This document shows positions 10,907 through 19,182 of a stretch of 64,000 nucleotides of DNA, piece by piece. Where the stretch lies: NCBI RefSeq assembly GCF_000445185.1, contig NZ_AVAF01000093.1, positions 33,357-97,356 of the forward strand, written 5' to 3'. Position 1 is the stretch's first letter; every line of letters begins with the position of its first letter. Below the pieces are notes generated by a model. That model had not been told where the DNA came from, did no database searches, and was given only the letters and a program-made list of their open reading frames with translations. Origin of the DNA: Thermoanaerobacter sp. A7A (GTDB taxonomy: Bacteria > Bacillota > Thermoanaerobacteria > Thermoanaerobacterales > Thermoanaerobacteraceae). The position numbers and the translations under genes were made by a program.

Positions 10907-11260
10907 TTATGGATAAAGCTGTGTATCTCCAACCTTAACTGTAGCTTTTCCATCGTCACTCATTTCAAGTGTGAACTGGCCACCATCAGCAGGTTGTGGA
11001 ACTTTATTTAAATATCCTGCATCAACTAAATCTTTTATGTTATCGGTGGTGTTCCCTGTCTCTATATAATACCTCTCAGCCGCTTGTCCTATAATTTGTG
11101 CATTTGCTATATCAGCATTCTCTTTTGCTGTTTTTAATGAAGTTGTCACCCTTGGCACAGCTATTGCTGCCAGTATCCCTAAAATTGCAATGACAACAAT
11201 CAATTCAATTAGTGTAAAACCTCTCTCATCCTTGTTTAATGCTTTTACAAACCATTCCAT
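10907..11260 (-). CDS. pilA: Major type IV pilin
   Basis: ERG|FTLIELIVVIAILGILAAIAVP; strong RBS; followed by a hairpin. Confidence 0.9.
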   Translation of the reverse strand: MEWFVKALNKDERGFTLIELIVVIAILGILAAIAVPRVTTSLKTAKENADIANAQIIGQAAERYYIETGNTTDNIKDLVDAGYLNKVPQPADGGQFTLEMSDDGKATVKVGDTQLYP

Positions 11261-11284
11261 CCTTTTTCACCCCCTTTCCCAATA

Positions 11285-12496
11285 TCACTGACCTATGAAA
11301 TTGTATAACTCAAACAGCGGCATGACAATTGAAATAACTATAAATCCTACCACTGTCGCCAGCATAACAATTATTAATGGCTCTAGAAGAGTTGTCATTT
11401 GTGAGACAGCTGTATCCACTTCTCCGTCATAAAAATCAGCAGTTTTATTTAATATGCTGTCCAATGAACCTGAACTTTCACCAATACTTATCATCTGAAT
11501 CACCATTGGCGGGAAAATGCCAATTCTTTTTAAAGGTTCTGAAAGGGGTAAGCCTTTTTTTATATCCTCTTGAGCTTTCCCAAGACCTTCTGCTACTACC
11601 GTATTACCCACAACTTTTTCTACTACTTCCATTGCCTTCATAAGCGGTACACCAGCACTTATCAATGTTCCTAAAGTCCTTGTAAACCTGGAAATTAAAA
11701 TCTTTTTGTTTAGAGGGCCAAAGATTGGCATGTTTAAAAGCATTCTGTCATAAATGCGCCTTCCTTCAGGTGTCTTCAAAAAACTCGAAATCGAATAAGA
11801 AATCACCAAAATTACTCCTGTGTAAAAGTACCAATATTGAGATATAGAACTGCTTATAGCAATAAGTATTCGAGTGGGAAGAGGCAACTGGATTCCAGCA
11901 TTTTTAAACATACCTACAAAAATAGGTAAAACATTTGTCAAAAGAAAAATAACAACTAATACAGCTACAACAGATACAATAAGAGGATAAGTCAAAGCAG
12001 ACTTTATTTTCTGATTTAATTCATTCTCTTTTTCATAGTGTTCTGCCATTTCATTCATCACTTTATCTAAAGTACCGCTTACTTCCCCCACTTCCACCAT
12101 ATTATATAAAAGCATAGGAAAAACATCACTGTGCCTTTTCATAGCATCAGAAAGAGTCCTTCCTTTTTGAACTTCTTCGTACACCTCTCTCAAAGCATTT
12201 TTCAGTCTTTTATTCTCCACTTGTTCTCTCATAGTAACCAAAGAGGTCACTATAGGAATCCCTGCATTTATCAGAGTGGCAAACTGCCGACAGAAGACCG
12301 CAATATCTTTTACTTTGACCTTTTTAAAAGAACTAAAATCGAGTATGTCTTGTTTGACTATCTCTTCTTGTATGTCGATTATATAATAATTTCTCTGTTT
12401 TAAAATGTCAATACACTGAGATTTTGAGTCAACTTCCAAAGTCCCTGTAACGAGATTTCCTCCCATATCCCTTGCCCTATAAGCATACAACGGCAT
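11285..12496 (-). CDS. pilC: Type IV pilus platform protein PilC
   Basis: FCRQFATLINAG, GEVSG.LD, SA..YP, LEPL.I; two GspF repeats. Confidence 0.95.
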   Translation of the reverse strand: MPLYAYRARDMGGNLVTGTLEVDSKSQCIDILKQRNYYIIDIQEEIVKQDILDFSSFKKVKVKDIAVFCRQFATLINAGIPIVTSLVTMREQVENKRLKNALREVYEEVQKGRTLSDAMKRHSDVFPMLLYNMVEVGEVSGTLDKVMNEMAEHYEKENELNQKIKSALTYPLIVSVVAVLVVIFLLTNVLPIFVGMFKNAGIQLPLPTRILIAISSSISQYWYFYTGVILVISYSISSFLKTPEGRRIYDRMLLNMPIFGPLNKKILISRFTRTLGTLISAGVPLMKAMEVVEKVVGNTVVAEGLGKAQEDIKKGLPLSEPLKRIGIFPPMVIQMISIGESSGSLDSILNKTADFYDGEVDTAVSQMTTLLEPLIIVMLATVVGFIVISIVMPLFELYNFIGQ

Positions 12497-12506
12497 ATAA
12501 TCACCT

Positions 12507-13565
12507 CTATATCATGCGAGAAAAATTCTCTTGGTCTACGCAATATGTCAAAGCATCCTCTAATGATATAACTCCTCTTTTTAACAGATGTAAAATAGAC
12601 ATATCCATTGTCATCATTCCAAACTTGCTACCTGTTTGAACTGCCGACTGTATCTGGAAAGTCTTCCCTTCTCTTATGAGATTTCTTATAGCAGGAGTAG
12701 CAATCATCACTTCTGTCGCAACTACTCTGCCGCTGTTGTCCTTTTTAGGTATAAGCTGTTGAGAAATAATTCCCTCTAAAACATTTGAAAGCTGAATTTT
12801 TATCTGCTGCTGCTGATGGGGAGGAAAAACATCAATAATCCTATCGATCGTCTTAACGGCTCCTATTGTGTGAAGAGTGGACAAAACAAGATGGCCTGTC
12901 TCAGCAGCAGTTATAGCAATTTGGATGGTTTCTAAATCCCTCATCTCTCCCACTAATATAACATCCGGGTCCTCCCTTAAAGCAGCCCTTAAAGCTGAAG
13001 CGTAAGATGCCGCATCATGCCCAATCTCTCTTTGATTTACTATGCTTTTGTTGTGTTTATGTAAATATTCTATAGGGTCTTCCAATGTGAGAATATGACA
13101 AGTCCTTTTAGAGTTTATCCAATCCACCATCGCAGCCAGTGTAGTAGATTTACCACTGCCAGTAGGTCCTGTTACCAATATAAGCCCTCTTGCCTTTAAA
13201 GCTAAGTCTTTAAGTATTGGAGGAAGTCCCAATTCCTCTATTGTAGGTATTCTCAAAGCTACAGACCTTATTGCAAGGCTATAACTTCCCCTTTGTTTGT
13301 ATACATTTATTCTAAACCTTCCTAATCCTGTAACTGAATAGGACAAATCAATATCTCCATTTTGTTCTAACTTTTTCAATTGCTCACTTGTCAATAAATC
13401 CTTAACTATTTCTTCAGTCTGCCCAGGGGTAAAAGGCTCCCCTTCTAATTTTTCTAAATAGCCATTAATTCTAAGAACTGGAGGTACTCCAACCGTTATA
13501 TGCAAGTCTGAAGCTTTTCTTTCAACTACTAATTTTAAAAGTTCCTTTGTATCCATATCCCTCAT
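12507..13565 (-). CDS. pilT: Retraction ATPase PilT
   Basis: ASDLH, GPTGSGKSTT, LREDPD, TGHLV.STLH, AIRNLIRE. Confidence 0.97.
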   Translation of the reverse strand: MRDMDTKELLKLVVERKASDLHITVGVPPVLRINGYLEKLEGEPFTPGQTEEIVKDLLTSEQLKKLEQNGDIDLSYSVTGLGRFRINVYKQRGSYSLAIRSVALRIPTIEELGLPPILKDLALKARGLILVTGPTGSGKSTTLAAMVDWINSKRTCHILTLEDPIEYLHKHNKSIVNQREIGHDAASYASALRAALREDPDVILVGEMRDLETIQIAITAAETGHLVLSTLHTIGAVKTIDRIIDVFPPHQQQQIKIQLSNVLEGIISQQLIPKKDNSGRVVATEVMIATPAIRNLIREGKTFQIQSAVQTGSKFGMMTMDMSILHLLKRGVISLEDALTYCVDQENFSRMI

Positions 13566-15238
13566 TCCTCGTAAGTTAGTCTTATCATTTCATCAATTGT
13601 AGTTTTTCCTTGTAATACAAGTCTTTTAGCACTTTCTCGTAAAGTTTTCATGCCATTTTTTACAGCCTGAGCTCCAATAACATCAGAGGAAACCTTAGCA
13701 TTTATAAGCTCTCTAATATCAGAAGTAACAGTCATTATCTCATATATAGGAATTCTTCCCCTATAGCCTGTTTTATTACAAACAGGGCACCCTCTCCCCT
13801 TGTATAAAGTAATGTCTTCATTTTCTGAAATTCCCAATAGCTCTTTTTCGCCTTTGGAAGCTTTGTAAGAAATTCTACAGTTATCACATATTTTTCTCGC
13901 CAATCTCTGAGCAATAACCCCTACTACAGAAGAAGACACAAGATAAGGCTCTATACCCATATCTATAAGCCTAGTCACCGCTCCCGCCGCATCATTTGTA
14001 TGCAAAGTGGAAAGGACTAAGTGCCCTGTTATGGCAGAGCGAATAGCTATCTCAGCAGTTTCAGTATCTCTAATTTCTCCAATCATAATTATATCAGGGT
14101 CTTGCCTCAAAATTGACCTAAGAGCAGTCGCAAAGGTAAGGCCTGCCTTTTCATTAACTTGTACCTGGTTTATTCCCTCAAGGGAATACTCAACAGGGTC
14201 CTCAACAGTTATTATATTTACATTGGGTTTGTTAAGCTCTCTCAGCATTGCATAAAGAGTGGTGGTTTTCCCACTACCTGTAGGACCAGTCAAAAGCACA
14301 ATGCCATTAGGCCTTTTGATAAGTTTATCAAAGAGCACCAGATCCTCTTCTTCAAAACCTAATTGCTCCTTTGTCATTATAAAATTTTCCTTGTCTAAAA
14401 GCCTCAATACCAATTTCTCTCCAAAAACAGTGGGCAACGAAGAAACTCTTATGTCAATATTTTTACCACCTGTAGTAAAATCAAATCTGCCATCTTGAGG
14501 AAGTCTTCTTTCAGCGATGTTCATATTAGCCATAATTTTTACTCTTGTCACAACAGGGGCATGGGTACTTTTTATAGTCTTCATAGCTTCTGTTAATTGT
14601 CCATCTATCCTAAATCGAATTCTAAGGTCTTTTTCAGTAGGTTCAATGTGAATATCTGAAGCCCTATTTTTTATTGCCTGCTCAATTATAGAATTTACAA
14701 AGCGTACAGCAGGCGCGTTTTGTACTTCTTCAAGAATCTCATCTGGCAGCTCTTCTTGACTTTCACTTTGAAACTCCTTTTTAAAATCCTGTACTGCTTT
14801 TTCTGCCTGTTCTCTTCCGTAAATTCTATCTATGGCTTTTAAGATACTTCCTTCAGAAGCAATTAAAGGCTTTACATTTTGTTTCGTAATGATTCTCACA
14901 TCATCTAGTGCAAAAATATTCAGAGGGTCTGCCATTGCTACCAATATACCATCTTCATCTTTTTTTATAGGAATAATAGTATGTCTTTTAGCAACAGCTT
15001 CGGGAATTAATTTTGCCACATCTGGGTCAATATAGTATTTTTGCAAATCTACACGTGGAATACCTAATTGAAATTCTAAAGCCTCTAGTATTTGGCTTTC
15101 TGTAACATACCCCAATTTAATGAGAACTTTTCCTAACTTTTCTCCTGTTTTGCTCTGAACTTCTATTGCGTGCTTTAGTTGTTCTTCTGTTATAAGCCCT
15201 ACCTCAACTAAAAGCTCTCCTAGCTTTTTTTTGGCCAT
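13562..15238 (-). CDS. pilB: Extension ATPase PilB with N-terminal MshEN-like domain (start at MAKKKL)
   Basis: RASDIH, ERRLPQDG, GPTGSGKTTT, LRQDPD, Zn-finger CxxC pairs; GGAGG RBS before 15238. Confidence 0.95.
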   Translation of the reverse strand: MAKKKLGELLVEVGLITEEQLKHAIEVQSKTGEKLGKVLIKLGYVTESQILEALEFQLGIPRVDLQKYYIDPDVAKLIPEAVAKRHTIIPIKKDEDGILVAMADPLNIFALDDVRIITKQNVKPLIASEGSILKAIDRIYGREQAEKAVQDFKKEFQSESQEELPDEILEEVQNAPAVRFVNSIIEQAIKNRASDIHIEPTEKDLRIRFRIDGQLTEAMKTIKSTHAPVVTRVKIMANMNIAERRLPQDGRFDFTTGGKNIDIRVSSLPTVFGEKLVLRLLDKENFIMTKEQLGFEEEDLVLFDKLIKRPNGIVLLTGPTGSGKTTTLYAMLRELNKPNVNIITVEDPVEYSLEGINQVQVNEKAGLTFATALRSILRQDPDIIMIGEIRDTETAEIAIRSAITGHLVLSTLHTNDAAGAVTRLIDMGIEPYLVSSSVVGVIAQRLARKICDNCRISYKASKGEKELLGISENEDITLYKGRGCPVCNKTGYRGRIPIYEIMTVTSDIRELINAKVSSDVIGAQAVKNGMKTLRESAKRLVLQGKTTIDEMIRLTYEE

Positions 15239-15251
15239 AAAATATACCTCC

Positions 15252-15278
15252 AAAAATAATAAAGCCGACATAAGCCGG
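15252..15278 (-). terminator. Putative terminator overlapping the riboswitch 3' end
   Basis: CCGGC-TTAT-GTCGG followed by CTTTATTATTTTT. Confidence 0.55.
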
Positions 15279-15343
15279 TTGCACTACTGTATCCGTGAGG
15301 CATAAAGTGCCCACATATAGCCTCACTTCATCTACTCTTTATA
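15270..15343 (-). ncRNA. c-di-GMP-II riboswitch upstream of pilB
   Basis: Minus strand GAAG-TGAGGC..GTGGGCACTTTAT-GCCTCAC..AGTAGTGCAACCGGC: paired GTGAGGC/GCCTCAC, GCAC/GTGC pseudoknot and the class-II tail. Confidence 0.88.
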
Positions 15344-15350
15344 AAATATT

Positions 15351-16205
15351 CTACAAATTATGCGTAATTCCTTCTTTTAAATGCATGTATACCAAATTTT
15401 TGTCGAAAAATCCCCCTGTCCATAATTTGAAAGAATAATTAGCTTGATTTACCAACATAGAAAGTCCATTAGAATACTTTATTCCATTCTTTTTCGCATG
15501 TTTTAAAAGAGCAGTTTCAAAAGGATTGTAAATAAGGTCATAGACAAATTTAGCTTTTAAAACCACTCTTTCGCTAACAGGTGAATCTTCCACATTTGGA
15601 TACATTCCCATGCTTGTAGTATTAACAAGCATGTCTATTTCTGGTATTTCTTCTACTTCATTTATACTACAGTAATCGCACTGAATCTTAAATTCTTTTT
15701 TAATGTACTCTGACAAATCTTTTGCTCTTTCAACACTTCTATTGGCAATTATTATCGAATCTATCCCTTTTAGAGCAAGAGCGACACAAACTGCCTTAGA
15801 AGCCCCACCAGCTCCTAAAACAACAGCTTTCCTCCCTTCAATTTTTTCTCCTACTTCTGTTAATGAGTCTATAAAGCCATAGACATCCGTATTATATCCT
15901 TTTAATATTCCTCCTTCATTGACTACAGTATTGACTGCGCCAATTTTTAATGCTTCTTCTGAGACCACATCTAGGTATTTAATTATTTTCTCTTTATGAG
16001 GTACAGTCACATTAAATCCTTTTATTCCTAAAGCTTTGGCTCCTTTTACTGCATCTTCAAGTTTTTCTGGCAAAACGTCAAAAGCAGTGTAGACACAATT
16101 TAAATTTAAAGACTTAAAAGCATAGTTATGTATTAAAGGGGATAAACTATGTTCTACAGGATGCCCTATAAGACCATACAGTTTAGTATTTGAATTAATC
16201 TCCAT
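15351..16205 (-). CDS. aroE: Shikimate dehydrogenase (start at MEINS)
   Basis: GHPVEHSLSP..H, NVTVPHK, GAVNT, NTD, GAGGA, NTTS.GM. Confidence 0.96.
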   Translation of the reverse strand: MEINSNTKLYGLIGHPVEHSLSPLIHNYAFKSLNLNCVYTAFDVLPEKLEDAVKGAKALGIKGFNVTVPHKEKIIKYLDVVSEEALKIGAVNTVVNEGGILKGYNTDVYGFIDSLTEVGEKIEGRKAVVLGAGGASKAVCVALALKGIDSIIIANRSVERAKDLSEYIKKEFKIQCDYCSINEVEEIPEIDMLVNTTSMGMYPNVEDSPVSERVVLKAKFVYDLIYNPFETALLKHAKKNGIKYSNGLSMLVNQANYSFKLWTGGFFDKNLVYMHLKEGITHNL

Positions 16206-16695
16206 ATCTCTCAATCCTTTTAAGTACATGTTTTTCCGCTTTTCTCATAAGTTTAGTCCATCCTAATTCCTCTTCTGATAGAGGTTTTACCAAAATAGTA
16301 TATAAACCTGCTCTTTTGCCACCAAAAATATCAGTAAATATTTGATCTCCTATTAAAGCTGTTTCATTAGGCTTAGCATTTAAAATCTTTAAAGCCTTTT
16401 TAAAAGCTCCTTTTCTCGGCTTAATGGCCCAAGCTATTCCAGGTACACCAACTTTTTCTTTAAATTCATTCACTCTTCTTTTAGTGTTATTTGAAATGAG
16501 ACAAATTTTAAACCCCTCTTTTTTTACTTTTTCAAGCCATTCAATAGTCATTTTATCGGGAAATTTTGATTTTTGAGGCACTAAAGTATTGTCAATATCT
16601 AAGACAAGACTGGTAATTCCTTTTTCTTTTAAAAAGTCTAAATTGATATCATAGATATTTTCCACTATAATATCAGGAATTAACTTTTTATACAT
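16195..16695 (-). CDS. yqeG: YqeG-family HAD IIIA phosphatase
   Basis: LDIDNTL, SNN, KP, IGDQIFTD. Confidence 0.9.
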   Translation of the reverse strand: MYKKLIPDIIVENIYDINLDFLKEKGITSLVLDIDNTLVPQKSKFPDKMTIEWLEKVKKEGFKICLISNNTKRRVNEFKEKVGVPGIAWAIKPRKGAFKKALKILNAKPNETALIGDQIFTDIFGGKRAGLYTILVKPLSEEELGWTKLMRKAEKHVLKRIERYGD

Positions 16696-16717
16696 ATCTT
16701 CACCTCATTTAGTTAAA

Positions 16718-16747
16718 ATTATATAATAAAAAAAAATAAACTGTCAA
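16718..16747 (-). promoter_or_regulatory. SigA promoter for yqeG-aroE
   Basis: TTGACA-N18-TATAAT with a T9 run in the spacer. Confidence 0.75.
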
Positions 16748-16758
16748 TACAAACAGTT

Positions 16759-17478
16759 TTACATGGAAAGCTCTTTAAAAAGCTTATTTAAAGCCTTCTT
16801 TTCAATCCTTGAGACATAGGAACGAGATATACCAAGCATCTTTGCTATTTCTCTTTGAGTCCTCACTTTCCCATTGTACAGACCATACCTCATTTCTATA
16901 ATTAACCGTTCTCTATTTTTTAAAACGCTGTTCATTTTACTGTACAACTTTTTAATTTGAAGTTTTTTCTCCACTTGCTCTGATATTTCATCTTCCTCTG
17001 TGCCAAGTACATCCATCAAAGATATCTCATTGCCCTCTTTATCTACTCCAATAGGATCCTGTAAAAAAACCTCCCCTTTCATCTTTTTTTCTGCTCTTAT
17101 GGACATAAGTATCTCATTTTCTATACATCTTGCTGCGTATGTGGCAAGATGAGTACCTTTTGAAGAATCAAAAGTAGAAATTGCTTTTATAAGCCCTATT
17201 GTTCCAATAGATATCAAGTCGTCTATATCTTTACCAGTTCCACTGTATTTTTTTACTACATGGGCTACCAATCTCAAGTTCCTCTCTATTAAAATATTCC
17301 TCGCTTCCTCATCACCGTTTCTATAAGCTTCTAAATATTTTTTTTCCTCTTCTGGAGTAAGTGGATTGGGAAAAGAGTTGGTGTTTGTCAAGTAACCAAG
17401 ATTTAAGATTTCCTTTACAATTGATGCCAAAATTGCAACAACAACTTCCCACATTGCCGCCACCCCTTTTTTCAACAT
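16759..17478 (-). CDS. sigK: Pro-sigma-K, uninterrupted (probable start MWEVV at 17451)
   Basis: Hydrophobic pro-sequence, SFP.PL, LIERNLRLVAH, LATYAARCIENEILM, ISRSYVSRIEK. Confidence 0.95.
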   Translation of the reverse strand: MLKKGVAAMWEVVVAILASIVKEILNLGYLTNTNSFPNPLTPEEEKKYLEAYRNGDEEARNILIERNLRLVAHVVKKYSGTGKDIDDLISIGTIGLIKAISTFDSSKGTHLATYAARCIENEILMSIRAEKKMKGEVFLQDPIGVDKEGNEISLMDVLGTEEDEISEQVEKKLQIKKLYSKMNSVLKNRERLIIEMRYGLYNGKVRTQREIAKMLGISRSYVSRIEKKALNKLFKELSM

Positions 17479-17486
17479 TACACATC

Positions 17487-17515
17487 TATTATATGAGGTT
17501 TATACAAAATGGTGC
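17487..17515 (-). promoter_or_regulatory. SigK/SigE-type promoter of sigK
   Basis: GCAC-N16-CATATAATA matches the mother-cell sigma consensus. Confidence 0.65.
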
Positions 17516-17522
17516 ACGTACA

Positions 17523-19130
17523 TCAATATTTCATTATTTCCTCCGCTATTTCTTTAAAAAGAGGGGCAGCTTTAGTTCCTCCAGTATCTCCATTTTTTAC
17601 AAAAATCGAAATTGCATATTTAGGCTTATCAAAAGGAACAAAACCTGTAAACCAAGCATGATATATATTTAGCTCCTTGCTAACTTCAGCAGAACCTGTT
17701 TTACCAGCACTGCCATAGGTAATCTCAGCCCTTTTTCCTGTCCCTTCTGGGTCAATAACCACTTCTCTCATCATTTCTTTTAAAATTTTGGCTGTTTTTT
17801 CGCTTATCACTCTGTAAGACTTTTTCTGAGACAATTTTTCAATTTCTTTCCCTTCTTCATCAACTATTGCAGTCACTAAACGTGGAACATTTCTAACACC
17901 GTTATTAGCAATTGTCGCTGCGATATCAGCTGCTTGAAGAGGCGTCATCAGCACATCTCCTTGCCCTATTGACAAATTCCCAATACCTGCTCCATAAGTA
18001 TCAGACAATTTAGGCAATCTCCCTATTTGCTCAGGTATTGGCAGACCATCATCACTTTCTATTCCAAATTTTCTCGCCATCTCCAAAATATTTTTGGTCC
18101 CTGTTATTTGCCCAATCTTTATAAAAGTAGTATTGCAGGAAACTGCAAAACCTTTTACCATGTTTATTACTCCATGACTTTCTCCTTTGTAATCGTGAAA
18201 TACTATTCCATTTATATCATAACTACCACTGCAATAAAAAGTATCCTGTAAATTCACTTTATTATATTCTAACGCTGCAGCAGCTATTACAATTTTAAAA
18301 ATAGAGCCAGGTGGATACATTGAGACAGCTTTGTTTATAAATTCTTCGTTAGAGCTATTTAAATAAGCTTGAATATTATTTTGGTCAAAATTAGGCCTAC
18401 TTGCCATTGCAAGTATATCACCTGTTTTTATATCTAATACCACTGCTGCTCCATCTACCATATTCTTGTCAAGAACATTCTCTACTGCCTTTTGTATGTG
18501 ATAATCAAGAGTAGTTTTTACCCCCAAAACTTCTTTTCCAGAAGTTTTTAACCTTACTCCTAACCCTTTTATATAATCAGTATTATTCCCATCAGTAAAC
18601 ACTGCAATGCTATCTTCCCTTTTGCTATTTAAAATTCCATCAAAAGCATCTTCTAAACCCATTTTTTTATCTCCTATATACCCTATTACATGTTTTGCTA
18701 AAGAATTTTGCGAATACCTTTGAGGCAAAGCTAACTTAAAAATGCCTATAGGTAATTTGTTGTTTAAATTAAATTTAACTTCATATTTCACATAATCTTT
18801 TGCACTTCGAAGGGATTTTAGCACATCCTCATAGTCTACTGCAGCAATTTCACTTATAACCTTAGCGGCTTTTTCTTTGTCAGTTAACATTTTAGGTATA
18901 GCAAATATATATTCTTTGTATTCTCTATCCGTAAAAGGAATCATATTCCTGTCGTATATTTCTCCTCTTCTCTCCAAAATTTTAAAGCTTCTAATTTTTT
19001 GTTCCACTGCTTTTTGAGAATAAAAATCTCCTTTGATTACCTGAATGTAAAAAAGCCTAAAAATCAATGTTAACATTAAAATTGACAAAACTACCCTCAA
19101 AAAAACAATCCTATAATTTCTATTTTCCAT
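17523..19130 (-). CDS. Class B penicillin-binding protein (FtsI/SpoVD-like)
   Basis: RGEIYDRN, GS.FK (SxxK), SCN (SxN), KTG. Confidence 0.92.
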   Translation of the reverse strand: MENRNYRIVFLRVVLSILMLTLIFRLFYIQVIKGDFYSQKAVEQKIRSFKILERRGEIYDRNMIPFTDREYKEYIFAIPKMLTDKEKAAKVISEIAAVDYEDVLKSLRSAKDYVKYEVKFNLNNKLPIGIFKLALPQRYSQNSLAKHVIGYIGDKKMGLEDAFDGILNSKREDSIAVFTDGNNTDYIKGLGVRLKTSGKEVLGVKTTLDYHIQKAVENVLDKNMVDGAAVVLDIKTGDILAMASRPNFDQNNIQAYLNSSNEEFINKAVSMYPPGSIFKIVIAAAALEYNKVNLQDTFYCSGSYDINGIVFHDYKGESHGVINMVKGFAVSCNTTFIKIGQITGTKNILEMARKFGIESDDGLPIPEQIGRLPKLSDTYGAGIGNLSIGQGDVLMTPLQAADIAATIANNGVRNVPRLVTAIVDEEGKEIEKLSQKKSYRVISEKTAKILKEMMREVVIDPEGTGKRAEITYGSAGKTGSAEVSKELNIYHAWFTGFVPFDKPKYAISIFVKNGDTGGTKAAPLFKEIAEEIMKY

Positions 19131-19179
19131 AAAACTTTGCTCCTTTCAGGAAAAAGTATTCCCAAAAGGAGCAAGTTTT
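19131..19179 (-). promoter_or_regulatory. Hairpin sequestering the PBP Shine-Dalgarno
   Basis: AAAACTTGCTCCTTT...AAAGGAGCAAAGTTTT directly before ATG. Confidence 0.7.
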
Positions 19180-19182
19180 AAC

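Noticed and set aside
10907-11260. Major pilin as an electrically conductive e-pilin
   Set aside because: Only 6 aromatic residues in about 103 mature aa (about 6%), below typical e-pilin density
16759-17478. skin-like element in sigK
   Set aside because: The ORF is continuous and full length, with no recombinase nearby
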